DNA of 55,297 nt from positions 1 to 55,297 of the IMG/VR virus record IMGVR_UViG_3300014169_000008. One strand, written 5' to 3'. The stretch's first letter is position 1. The number at the start of each line of letters is the position of its first letter. Shown one piece after another: positions 37,074 through 45,623 of the stretch. A model generated the notes under the pieces. The model was not told the DNA's origin and made no database searches. It saw only the letters and a program-made list of their open reading frames with translations. Both the position numbers and the translations under genes were made by a program. The stretch comes from a virus (taxonomy: Duplodnaviria > Caudoviricetes).

Positions 37074-37211
37074 CTAGACATCTAGAGCCTCTTTAAGGAT
37101 GCGTCGAAGGGCCTCAGCCTCTGTTTTTAGCCTGTTATCAAATCTATAATCCGATATGGCTTTCCATATCGTCTTGGGAAGGCTGATTGTTTTTCGTATT
37201 TCGCTTTTCAT
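37074..37211 (-). CDS. Ribbon-helix-helix (CopG/Arc-like) regulator, 45 aa (not in ORF track)
   Basis: MKSEIRKTISLPKTIWKAISDYRFDNRLKTEAEALRRILKEALDV: beta strand RKTISLP followed by two helices. Confidence 0.7.
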   Translation of the reverse strand: MKSEIRKTISLPKTIWKAISDYRFDNRLKTEAEALRRILKEALDV

Positions 37212-37217
37212 GAGGAA

Positions 37218-37290
37218 TTTGTAGCACACTAAATAAAATGGTGCAAGTGGTTATTTTGGTGTTGACTTTCAAAAATAAGTACGATACTTT
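37218..37290. promoter_or_regulatory. Back-to-back sigma70-like promoters
   Basis: Leftward TTGCAC-N17-TACAAA (37246-37218); rightward TTGACT-N17-TACTTT (37262-37290); AT-rich. Confidence 0.6.
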
Positions 37291-37514
37291 CTTGTCAACG
37301 AGAAAAAAGTATCATAAAACTCATTAACCACCGTATTCGATGTGCCATTGGCCCTCTTGAGAGCGTTTGGCTGCAAATGTCAAACTCCAAAGCCTGTTAT
37401 GTCGTTTGACCCTTGCCGTGATGTTCACAAGTGCGAATGCGGGAAATTCTATACACCAATGTATCTCGAAGAAAGAAATCAACCGTTGCCGTATCTGAGA
37501 AAGAGGAAGATGCC

Positions 37515-37748
37515 ATGACGACACAAGCGACAAATCCATGGCATTACGATCCTCTGCCGAGATCAGCATGGAAAGATATTCCAGAGATAGTTGAATACCG
37601 TTCAACTCTCGCTAAAATGTATCGACAAGCTAGAACGGAAAACAGAGAGCTTGCGCTTCTTCTTCTTCTTAGAAAGCGAATTAAGGCTGCGGAACAACTA
37701 ACCAAAGATCAAATTGCCGAGAGGATATTTAGTCATGGAACAATCTAA
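37515..37748 (+). CDS. Hypothetical protein
   Basis: SD GAGG; downstream of the rightward promoter. Confidence 0.5.
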   Translation: MTTQATNPWHYDPLPRSAWKDIPEIVEYRSTLAKMYRQARTENRELALLLLLRKRIKAAEQLTKDQIAERIFSHGTI

Positions 37749-38007
37749 AACCACGAAAAAGAAAATGGGTAGGCCAAAAGGTAGAAGAAAACCATTTCCT
37801 CTCCTGGTGACATGGAAAGCGTCGGATGTGAAGGTGTGGAGAGAAGATGGTTATGTTCATTTCAGCACTCCTCTGATAAATCACCCGCATCATATAGCGG
37901 CAAAATTTGAACAAAAGGGGTTGAGTGAGTTTGAGGTATCACTATTTATTTCCGCAGCAATAGGAAATGCGGTGAACGAACTTAATGGGAGGTGGAAAAA
38001 TGCCTGA
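37735..38007 (+). CDS. Hypothetical protein with GRPK (AT-hook-like) N-terminus
   Basis: KKKMGRPKGRRK; SD GAGG. Confidence 0.5.
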   Translation: MEQSKTTKKKMGRPKGRRKPFPLLVTWKASDVKVWREDGYVHFSTPLINHPHHIAAKFEQKGLSEFEVSLFISAAIGNAVNELNGRWKNA

Positions 38008-38030
38008 CCCGCAAACGACAAGCGACCAAG

Positions 38031-38306
38031 CTAACTATTTAAAAATAAAATCACTTGCTCACGCGTATCTACTTTTCGGCACGTAACACCCATACGTTGT
38101 AATTTAATATGCTCACGCTTCTGATGTGCTTCTAATTTTTTACCTGGAGCTTTCAATTCCCATAATTCAGGCCAAAGCCATCCGGGCACCCATACCAACC
38201 GGTCTGGAGCACCACGCCGGCAGATCCACTTAACTTTACGTGTAACGCCTTTTTTTAATTTTATTTGCTTTATAGCCCATACCTCGAGATCAGCTTCTTC
38301 TGCCAT
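38031..38306 (-). CDS. VRR-NUC domain nuclease
   Basis: RRGAPDRLV...WELKAPGKKLEAHQ (PD-(D/E)xK). Confidence 0.85.
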   Translation of the reverse strand: MAEEADLEVWAIKQIKLKKGVTRKVKWICRRGAPDRLVWVPGWLWPELWELKAPGKKLEAHQKREHIKLQRMGVTCRKVDTREQVILFLNS

Positions 38307-38638
38307 TAGCATTCTCCTGGGGTTTCTTAGGCTCAACTAAATCGACTCCTGCGGTGTGTTGAGCAAATTTTTTGAGAAGCTCAACACCTGCCTCTAATGA
38401 CCCTTTTCCTAATGCGATAATTATTTTATCAGATATGATATAAGTGGCCATCACTCCTCCGCAAAATAAGCATCGCCCATTTCATCGAAACGGATCACCC
38501 GGCCGTCGCCCAGGCAAAAATAACCGATATTGTAAACAGTAAATACGGCGTTATCTCTTTTCGTATCGGCGCGAAAGGACGCGCTGGTTTTATCGCTGGT
38601 CTCTTTTGCAAGAGCGAGAAGTTCCTGATCTGTTCGCA

Positions 38639-39352
38639 TCAATGCACCAAAAAACGAATAGGTTTCTTTGCCGTCCAGCATAACGCACAAGTCCCACATG
38701 CTTCTGTTTTACCTGTCTGTACGGGGCATATTATACCGCTCTCACCAGTAGATAAATCACATTCTTGATCTCTCCCAGAAAACCTAACCCACCACCGGCT
38801 AGGAAAGGCGACGCGGATCTGCATAATCGCAACGCCGATATCTTCATCGATCCAGCGCGCTGTGTAACCGAAGACGTGAAGGTTCGGGAATTTTTCGAGC
38901 TGCCCGTGCCAGAAGTTCACGTATTCCACAGAATAAAAATCGCCCAGAATATGGAGACGCACAACAAAGCCAGCAGGAAAGCGCCCAGCGAGAGCACTAA
39001 GCTCTGCTTCAAGTCGCTTTTCCAGTTCTGGCCCGTGGCGGTATCGTTTTGGAAAGGGCATATTCGATCCGTAACAATTTTTCCAGTGCGCACAACTCCG
39101 CGGGCAGGTAGCGCGTTCCTCAAGAGTGAGAGTAAATATAGGCATGCCATACCATTTTCCTTTCAGAACGCGATTGCCGATTTTTCGAGAATTAATTCCG
39201 GATTTCAAAACGCGTTCATCTGGGGAAGAAACGCGCGTGGGAAAAAGCGTACGCCCCTCAGTTACAGCCGGATGGTCGTCACTCAACGTGATACGAGAGC
39301 CGTGCGGAGCATGTTGTTCTTTAAAACGACGGCGGAGCCTCCAAGTTCGCAT
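38639..39352 (-). CDS. GP88-like Cys-rich protein
   Basis: TCPRSCAHWKNCY, VRLHILGDFYS, FGYT, CPVQTGKTEACGTCALCW. Confidence 0.65.
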   Translation of the reverse strand: MRTWRLRRRFKEQHAPHGSRITLSDDHPAVTEGRTLFPTRVSSPDERVLKSGINSRKIGNRVLKGKWYGMPIFTLTLEERATCPRSCAHWKNCYGSNMPFPKRYRHGPELEKRLEAELSALAGRFPAGFVVRLHILGDFYSVEYVNFWHGQLEKFPNLHVFGYTARWIDEDIGVAIMQIRVAFPSRWWVRFSGRDQECDLSTGESGIICPVQTGKTEACGTCALCWTAKKPIRFLVH

Positions 39353-39873
39353 TAGACGTGCCTCCAATTATTTCCTACTGCGATTTGACTGATCGCGGCG
39401 CGGCTAACCTTGTATTTCGCAGCCAGGACTTCTTGTGTTACACGACCTAATTTCTTTTTTATGCCCTTAACTTGCACCTTAGTTAAAAGTGCATTAGGTA
39501 CTTGTTCACCTTCTAAATGTGTGCCGTGTCTTTTCTTATCGTGAATGTTTTTCTTTTGGGTCTGGTAAACTAAATTTCTAACGCGGTTGTCTTGAAGCTT
39601 CCCATTTCTATGGCAAGCTTTCAAAATTCGAGGTGACGGTTTTCCTTTGAACGCAAGCAGCACAAGGCGATGGACAGGCGCGCTTTTCCAATCCGGTAAA
39701 TTAACAAGCAAATACCCATCTAAATCTGGCGTTGGCTTAAGGATTTGTCCGCGCCGATACCGGGTACGGCCGAGAACATCCTCAGTGAATCGGTTAAGGC
39801 TCCGAACACGGCCTTTATTACTCACTTGGTAGCGGCTTTCGTATCCAGGAATATTTCGCCACACTTCTTTCAT
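39352..39873 (-). CDS. NUMOD4-HNH homing endonuclease
   Basis: EVWRNIPGYESRYQVSNKGRVRS; VHRLVLLAF, CHRNGKLQDNRVRNL. Confidence 0.9.
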   Translation of the reverse strand: MKEVWRNIPGYESRYQVSNKGRVRSLNRFTEDVLGRTRYRRGQILKPTPDLDGYLLVNLPDWKSAPVHRLVLLAFKGKPSPRILKACHRNGKLQDNRVRNLVYQTQKKNIHDKKRHGTHLEGEQVPNALLTKVQVKGIKKKLGRVTQEVLAAKYKVSRAAISQIAVGNNWRHV

Positions 39874-39874
39874 T

Positions 39875-41944
39875 TTAGCCGCCCTTTCTATAACGATGAC
39901 TTTCAAAGCCGCCGGCCGCCAAAGGCAATCCAGCCGCCCAGGGCGGATTAGTGGCAAGCAGCTCGCTCAGATGGCGATGCGAGAAACTTTGATTGTCAGG
40001 CGCCTCGGTGATTAATTCGTCATGCACGCTGAGAATAATATTATAGCCGGCATCTTCGATGCCTTCCATGTTCCACGCCATTACGTCGCGCGCTGTCGCC
40101 TGGCACGCGTTTTCGAACAGCTTGCCGCCGTAGGTGCGCAAGCGTGACCATTTACGATTATATTGATTGACGCCCATGAAGCTGATCTCGCCCTTGTCGC
40201 TGACGCGCGGGCCCGGATAGCAGAGGAAGAAACCGGACGGCAGCACCATCCGCATCCAGTTGCCTTTGCGCTCGAAGGAAAGACGCCGCGCCTTGAAGAC
40301 GCGATCCTTGCTGTCGATCGCGTTGCGCGCGGCCTCGGCGATATCATCCCAGCCGGTGACGATCCGCGGATGGTTACGCCGCCAGAGACGTTTCAAGCTA
40401 TCGCAAGCCACGAAGATATCGCGCGGCAGACCGAGCGTGGCGCCTTTCGAAAAACGCCACTCAAAGAAATCTTCGGCCTCTTCGCGCACGCCCGCTTCGA
40501 CCTCTTCCAAAACCCTGTTCGCCATGTCCTGGAGATCGATGCCGTAGGTGAGCGCCCCGGTCACGAAAGCGCCGACGCCGCCGGCGTATTGGAGCATGAG
40601 TTCCATGACCTTGCCGACTTGTCGTTGCGCTTTCGTAACATCTCCGTGCGAGATCCTGAAAGCGATCGCGTAGGCGAGCTTATAGAGATCCGGCCCCAAG
40701 CCATGGTCGAAGTCTGAAAACGCCTGTAGCTTCCAATCCTCGCCAGCAATCCATGCGGCATCGCGCCCTTCGATATTCGACAGATCCGAGATATAAAGTT
40801 TATGTTCCGGGGGCGCAACGATACAGCCACGCACCGCGCACCGGGCGAGCTCCATGATGTCCTTAAAGAACAGATCCTCGCAGTCCGATTTAACGCATTC
40901 GATGCCGAATTCGATGTCCTCGGCCGACATGGTTGGGTTGGGCAGATTTTGCAGCTGCACGCCGCGTGCAGCCCAGCGCTTCGTCCTGGCGGCGCCGGAA
41001 AATTGAAGCGCGCCGCGGTAACGGCCGTCGGAAGAAATCAGGTTGAGAAAGCGTTTATATTTTGCCGTGCTGGTCGATGAAGCTTGCAGCCGGATGGACA
41101 ACAATTCTTTCAGCTCGCGCGGCAGATCCGGATCCTCGATACGGCGCTCGATCGTGCTGGCTTGCAGATCCGGTAAATCGACGCCGTAGGCTTGCAGGAC
41201 GTGACGCAGAATTTCGTCGCGCTGGGTGGTGGATTGAACGTCACCGAGCGTCAGATCATCGGTGCGCGCGGCGAGACGTTTCAGCTCGCGCTCGACGGCG
41301 CGCAGCATGGCTTCACACAGCTCCTTATCGATCATGCAACCGCGCATGTTGATGCGCTGATCGCGATGCCACAGGCCGAGCTCATAGCCGGTGTAATTCC
41401 ACAGCGGCATTTTAGCGTCCATATACCGCATGGCTTCGATATCGAGCACGGCGTATTTACAGAATTTTTCCCATTCTTCGGGGTGGGTCTCGCGCGTTGC
41501 ACGCCTGATTTTCTGGTTCGCCGGCCGCGGCTTACAGAAAAGCTGGATCAGCTTTTTACCGTCCTTGTCTTTCGCCTTAGAAATAGGCGGCTGCATGATA
41601 TCGCAAAGAAGATCGAGGCCGCCCGGGAAACCATGGCTAAAAGCACGCGCCATCGTGTCATGGATCCGCTCGGGCGGCAGGACAATACCCATATCGCTGG
41701 CCACGACCAGGCGATCAAATCCACCACCGTTATGCCATACGGTCATGACGTCGGGATCGTTCAGCGCGGCTTCGAGATCGGCCGGCATTTTCTTCGTGCG
41801 CGTCCGGTCCCACAATTTCACCGGGCCGTTATCGAGAGCGTAGGCGAAAAGCATCACCTCGACTTTCTCGCTGTAAGCGTAACTGCCGTGGGTTTTTAGT
41901 GAGATCTCGCTGTAGGTTTCTGTGTCGCAGTATAGGCGCGTCAT
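39875..41944 (-). CDS. Family A DNA polymerase (APSE/SPO2-type) with 3'-5' exonuclease
   Basis: CDTETYS (ExoI), SDLSNIEGR (motif A), RQVGKVMELMLQYAGG (motif B), YGGKLFENACQATARD, SVHDE (motif C). Confidence 0.95.
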   Translation of the reverse strand: MTRLYCDTETYSEISLKTHGSYAYSEKVEVMLFAYALDNGPVKLWDRTRTKKMPADLEAALNDPDVMTVWHNGGGFDRLVVASDMGIVLPPERIHDTMARAFSHGFPGGLDLLCDIMQPPISKAKDKDGKKLIQLFCKPRPANQKIRRATRETHPEEWEKFCKYAVLDIEAMRYMDAKMPLWNYTGYELGLWHRDQRINMRGCMIDKELCEAMLRAVERELKRLAARTDDLTLGDVQSTTQRDEILRHVLQAYGVDLPDLQASTIERRIEDPDLPRELKELLSIRLQASSTSTAKYKRFLNLISSDGRYRGALQFSGAARTKRWAARGVQLQNLPNPTMSAEDIEFGIECVKSDCEDLFFKDIMELARCAVRGCIVAPPEHKLYISDLSNIEGRDAAWIAGEDWKLQAFSDFDHGLGPDLYKLAYAIAFRISHGDVTKAQRQVGKVMELMLQYAGGVGAFVTGALTYGIDLQDMANRVLEEVEAGVREEAEDFFEWRFSKGATLGLPRDIFVACDSLKRLWRRNHPRIVTGWDDIAEAARNAIDSKDRVFKARRLSFERKGNWMRMVLPSGFFLCYPGPRVSDKGEISFMGVNQYNRKWSRLRTYGGKLFENACQATARDVMAWNMEGIEDAGYNIILSVHDELITEAPDNQSFSHRHLSELLATNPPWAAGLPLAAGGFESHRYRKGG

Positions 41945-42225
41945 GGCGCCCACCCCAGAGCGGGGTCTGCCTTCAAGCACGCGTCGCACACCCTAATCAA
42001 ACGCGGTGTGTTTTCAACTTCTTTACCGCAGATGATACAGCCTACAAAAATATTGAAAGGTTCTGGAATTTTCGGCTTAGGTTCAGGTTCTTTAACCCGC
42101 GGGCTTTTAACAATTTTATGCGGGCTGTCGATCGCCAGATCAACCGGGCGTTTTGAAATATTCTTTATTTTCGTGTCACCGACAACAATCTGGTCATCCG
42201 GCCGGAGGCGCGTGATCCAGCTCAT
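41941..42225 (-). CDS. Hypothetical protein with C-terminal Zn ribbon
   Basis: CIIC...CDAC; ATGA-coupled to the polymerase gene. Confidence 0.55.
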   Translation of the reverse strand: MSWITRLRPDDQIVVGDTKIKNISKRPVDLAIDSPHKIVKSPRVKEPEPKPKIPEPFNIFVGCIICGKEVENTPRLIRVCDACLKADPALGWAP

Positions 42226-42469
42226 TTTATTGCCATCAATTTAGCGATTGCTTTCTCGAGATCGATCATGATCTCTTTCTCAGATCTATTGGCGCGGTCC
42301 ACATCGATGCGGATTGGTTTGTTCACCGCAGCAGGGGATACAAGGCTCGCGGTTATTGTCGCACGGTCGTAGTCCGGGTTGAGACCCCAATGCAGACCAT
42401 ATTTCTCCGCCATCGGTTTGACGATCGACGTCCAATGCCGATCTTCCGTTTGCAGGTGCATAAACCACG

Positions 42470-42697
42470 TCATGATACATCCCTGAAATCGTCGGTGAGG
42501 GTTTTCTTCCCGCCAGCGATGTGGTCCGTGCCACGAAATTCGATCGCGCAACTGGCGTGTTGAAGCAACCACTTCTTGCCGCGCACGGTCTCGCCGAGTT
42601 TATCGATCTTCTTTTCGTGAACCTTCTCGAAATGCCCTTCGTTCGCCTCGACGCGTTTGCCGCACCGATAGCAGCACCCAGGAAATTTATTACGCAT
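42470..42697 (-). CDS. Small Zn-binding hypothetical protein
   Basis: MRNKFPGCCYRCG...QHASC. Confidence 0.55.
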   Translation of the reverse strand: MRNKFPGCCYRCGKRVEANEGHFEKVHEKKIDKLGETVRGKKWLLQHASCAIEFRGTDHIAGGKKTLTDDFRDVS

Positions 42698-42717
42698 AGA
42701 TAAATCCTCGCCATACC

Positions 42718-42894
42718 TTACCCCGCCGGGCAACAGCCACATTTGTGAAACCATTCACCGTTTTGCTTGAACACTTTCCAGCCTTCGCGCTTGACCGCTT
42801 CGACGGCTGCTAGAAATTCGTCTTCGTCGGTGTCGTGCGTGTCGGGGCAGAAGTCGCATTGGACGGTAAAAGTATGTCCGTCTTTCTCAAGCAT
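42718..42894 (-). CDS. Small Zn-ribbon protein
   Basis: CDFC...GWK...W..KCGCC. Confidence 0.55.
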   Translation of the reverse strand: MLEKDGHTFTVQCDFCPDTHDTDEDEFLAAVEAVKREGWKVFKQNGEWFHKCGCCPAG

Positions 42895-43396
42895 GTGCGT
42901 AACGCTCCATTGACCTAATCTTCCTGACGTGGCTATAAGAAATGTCAAACTCTTTAGCCAACCGCAGGCGTTCTTTTGCAGAACGTGTTTTTCGTATTTT
43001 TTGCACTTGTGCCAGTGTCACTTTGCGTCGACCATGCCAGAATACATCTTTGTTGTTTTCGCCTCGGCTTTTGTATTCCAGATTACAAGCCCTATTATCA
43101 GTAGGCCGTCCATTTTTATGAGTTACATCCGCATTAAGTGGCCGCCGCCCATGAAAGGTCCGGGCGATAAGCGCATGCACATCAAAAAAGTTTTTGTCTC
43201 CTCTTCCCAAAGCTAACCCTAGATGTCCTCTACGGTTTATCCGCGGCTTAAGAACGCGCCCACGTATTTTTTTCGTGTATGTTCCTTTCAAAACGGAATT
43301 GACTGTGATGGTTCTGTCGACGGAACGCACTCGACCTCGGTCGCTGGCTTCGTAGTGTTCGTATCTTGGTATGACTCGCCATTTTTCGTTACGCAT
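42887..43396 (-). CDS. NUMOD4-HNH homing endonuclease
   Basis: EKWRVIPRYEHYEASDRGRVRS; VTHKNGRPTDNRACNLEY. Confidence 0.88.
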   Translation of the reverse strand: MRNEKWRVIPRYEHYEASDRGRVRSVDRTITVNSVLKGTYTKKIRGRVLKPRINRRGHLGLALGRGDKNFFDVHALIARTFHGRRPLNADVTHKNGRPTDNRACNLEYKSRGENNKDVFWHGRRKVTLAQVQKIRKTRSAKERLRLAKEFDISYSHVRKIRSMERYAHA

Positions 43397-43899
43397 TTCC
43401 CCTCTCCCCGTGTTCTTTTGCGCTTGTTTTCTATTTGGACGCTCCACTCTACCCATCGGCAATTACCCTTCTCGTAGTTGCCATTTACGTCAATACGATC
43501 AAGCGTCAGACCTTCCGGTCGTTCACCCATGTCCGCAAGAAATTGCTCAAAGCGTAGCCATTCTTCACACACCAAGATCCCGCGTCCACCATAATACTTA
43601 TAATGCTTGTGATTAAGGTTGGAGCAGCGTTGAAGCATAGAGGACCACACCTCGTATGTTGGCGAAGATCCTCCAGTTCTATGCCCGTGCGTGGTGTTTC
43701 GGTTAGCGCAACTGATCGAGCGAAGACAGCCACATGATTTGGTCTTACCGCTAAGAAGCCCTTTGGACGATACGACTTTCTGGATACCGCAAAGACAAAG
43801 ACAAAGCCATTGCCTCCGGCCATCGCGCCTGTCTTCCACGAGCGAAAGGACGGTGAGCCGCCCGAATGTTTTACCGGCGATATCATTGAGCTTTTGCAT
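43288..43899 (-). CDS. HNH-type homing endonuclease (GxxFGRLTV...CxCG family)
   Basis: GKTFGRLTVL, WLCLCLCG, TKSCGC, YYGGRGILVCEEW, TLDRIDVNGNYEKGNCRW. Confidence 0.85.
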   Translation of the reverse strand: MQKLNDIAGKTFGRLTVLSLVEDRRDGRRQWLCLCLCGIQKVVSSKGLLSGKTKSCGCLRSISCANRNTTHGHRTGGSSPTYEVWSSMLQRCSNLNHKHYKYYGGRGILVCEEWLRFEQFLADMGERPEGLTLDRIDVNGNYEKGNCRWVEWSVQIENKRKRTRGEGKCVTKNGESYQDTNTTKPATEVECVPSTEPSQSIPF

Positions 43900-43902
43900 C
43901 CA

Positions 43903-44202
43903 TTAAGCTAACCCCACAGCGACCAGGTAAGTGTCAAGAAGATTTTGACGTTCCTCGCGGACTTCGGCGTTGAGCGCGCGGAGCTTAATCACTTCACGGA
44001 TCGTGCGCTTGTCATAACCTTTGACTTTCGCGACATCCATCGTCTCGCGGATCGCTTCGTTGATCGCGCCACGCTGTTCGATCAGATCTTCAACCGTCTC
44101 AATGATCTTAATGAGATCTTTGCCCGCCACGGAGTTATGGCCGACGCCGGCCAGTGGTGGTTCATCATCGATCAAATCGCTATCGTCAGTTTTCTTGGTC
44201 AT
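43903..44202 (-). CDS. gapR: GapR-like (DUF2312/UPF0335) DNA-binding protein
   Basis: GHNS...LIKIIETVEDLIEQR...AKVKGYDKRTIREVIKLR...LLDTYLVAVG. Confidence 0.85.
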   Translation of the reverse strand: MTKKTDDSDLIDDEPPLAGVGHNSVAGKDLIKIIETVEDLIEQRGAINEAIRETMDVAKVKGYDKRTIREVIKLRALNAEVREERQNLLDTYLVAVGLA

Positions 44203-44225
44203 CGTCTTCTCCTTTCAAAGAGGGT

Positions 44226-44367
44226 GGAAGGGCTTGGTGTTACCCAAGGTCAAGGTTGGCTTCGATACCAACAACCTACGCAGCCGATGTTTACCTGACA
44301 CTGGCGATGCACGCTCTGCAATTGAGCTACTTGACGTATGCACGTTGGTAAGACGGATACCCCTTCC
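44226..44367 (-). ncRNA. tRNA-like structured RNA (core 44249-44335) enclosed in a longer stem
   Basis: Minus strand: GTCAAG/CTTGAC acceptor-like stem, TA-GCTC-AATTGCA-GAGC D-arm, extended anticodon arm, AGGTT variable loop, GTTGG-TATCGAAG-CCAAC T-arm; outer TTACC/GGTAA and GGAAGGG/CCCTTCC pairs. Confidence 0.6.
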
Positions 44368-44374
44368 ATAAACT

Positions 44375-44959
44375 CTAGTCGCCGATCAAGTCGTCTTCAC
44401 CGCTGTCAGACAGATCTTCGAATTCATCCGAGGATCCCTTGCTGCCGGCCGCGAAGCTGTCACCGTCTTTAGCGAACTGAACCGCCAGCAATTGCGCGCG
44501 GATTGTCTTGCCATATTTGTTGTCCTGTGCCCAAAGTTCAACTGTCGCGTTGACGTAGCAACCGGCATAAGGCTTACCGTCATCCTGAGTGAGGATATTA
44601 TCGCTGCCGTCTTCTTTCTTCGGTTTCTTGTCGAGGATGAGCGGACGGCCCTTATCTTTGGCGCGGAGAGCACGGATGTGAACCATACCGGCGTAGCCGT
44701 CATAGGTTTCAGCATCGCCATCCTTGATGAAACGCGTGCGCTTGTCTTCGTTCGCGTTCTTCATGATAGCCGCGGCCTTGTCCTTCCAAGTTTCCTTGGC
44801 GACTTCATTCTGGCCGGCGATCAGCGCCTTGTGGTTTGCGCTGTCTTTTTCCACCAGGAACACGGCCGCGTAATTGAACGGGCCTTTGCCGTCAAACTGC
44901 TCGGCCTCGAAGAGGACCGGGAAGCTGAGACGGACGTTTGTAAGCTTTACTTTTGCCAT
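44375..44959 (-). CDS. ssb: DUF2815 single-stranded DNA-binding protein
   Basis: VRLSFPVLFE, YAGCYVNA, LLAVQFAKDGDSF, acidic tail. Confidence 0.9.
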   Translation of the reverse strand: MAKVKLTNVRLSFPVLFEAEQFDGKGPFNYAAVFLVEKDSANHKALIAGQNEVAKETWKDKAAAIMKNANEDKRTRFIKDGDAETYDGYAGMVHIRALRAKDKGRPLILDKKPKKEDGSDNILTQDDGKPYAGCYVNATVELWAQDNKYGKTIRAQLLAVQFAKDGDSFAAGSKGSSDEFEDLSDSGEDDLIGD

Positions 44960-44970
44960 TGATCTTACTC

Positions 44971-45264
44971 CTATTTGGTTGGTTCTTCTTCAGGGAACAA
45001 TTGCGCCAGGACTTCGCCGTATTGCTTTTTGCGACGTTCCAGCAACGCGACCTCATCGAGTTTAGCCATGAGCTTCGGCAAGTCGATGTCTTTTTCCGCG
45101 CACGCTTCCTGTATGACGGTTTCGAGGTTGAGAAGTTCGGTATCGATCTTGCTCATTTCGAGATCCGCTTTTGCCTTGACCTGGCGGGCACGGATCGGGG
45201 CCATTGCTTCATTGAGCTTTTCCTTCGTCAAGCCAATGAGTTCTTTAAACGGTTTAAGCTGCAT
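44971..45264 (-). CDS. Coiled-coil hypothetical protein
   Basis: SD GGAGG; MQLKPFKELIG. Confidence 0.6.
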   Translation of the reverse strand: MQLKPFKELIGLTKEKLNEAMAPIRARQVKAKADLEMSKIDTELLNLETVIQEACAEKDIDLPKLMAKLDEVALLERRKKQYGEVLAQLFPEEEPTK

Positions 45265-45619
45265 GTTCTTCCTCCAAAAGTAAAAGTAGCGGGTTGGGTC
45301 TCGGATCTTCTTTCTTTTTCTGCTTCTGCGGTTGTTGAGGCTCTTGCGAACCTGAGAGTGGGTTTGCAATTTGTTGGTACGGGTCGTGCGGGTATGGTGA
45401 CATCATCATCTGCCGTCTCTGCAACTCTTCTGCGCGATGCACATGCTGCTCCAACTCACGTCTCTTCTGTTCCATCCAGTATTCGTATTCGTCGCGGCCC
45501 AGGTTCATCTTATCCCCCAATTCACGCCTCGTAATCCGCAGCTCCGCCCGACGTACGTAAGTATCGGTTGCATAATCGAGTCCCCACCCCTCGGGCGGAG
45601 CATTGCGCTTAAAGGCCAT
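45254..45619 (-). CDS. Hypothetical protein
   Basis: ORF track; fills the gap between SPFH and the next gene. Confidence 0.55.
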   Translation of the reverse strand: MAFKRNAPPEGWGLDYATDTYVRRAELRITRRELGDKMNLGRDEYEYWMEQKRRELEQHVHRAEELQRRQMMMSPYPHDPYQQIANPLSGSQEPQQPQKQKKKEDPRPNPLLLLLEEEHAA

Positions 45620-45623
45620 CAGC

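Noticed and set aside
39352-41944. Intron or intein splitting the DNA polymerase
   Set aside because: The polymerase is continuous through motif C to a normal C-terminus; the HNH gene begins after its stop codon
44249-44335. Canonical tRNA-Thr(GGT) or YrlA-type Y RNA
   Set aside because: Too many deviations for a standard tRNA. YrlA has permuted arm order (T-arm before D-arm), whereas this element has normal order, and no Ro60 gene is seen
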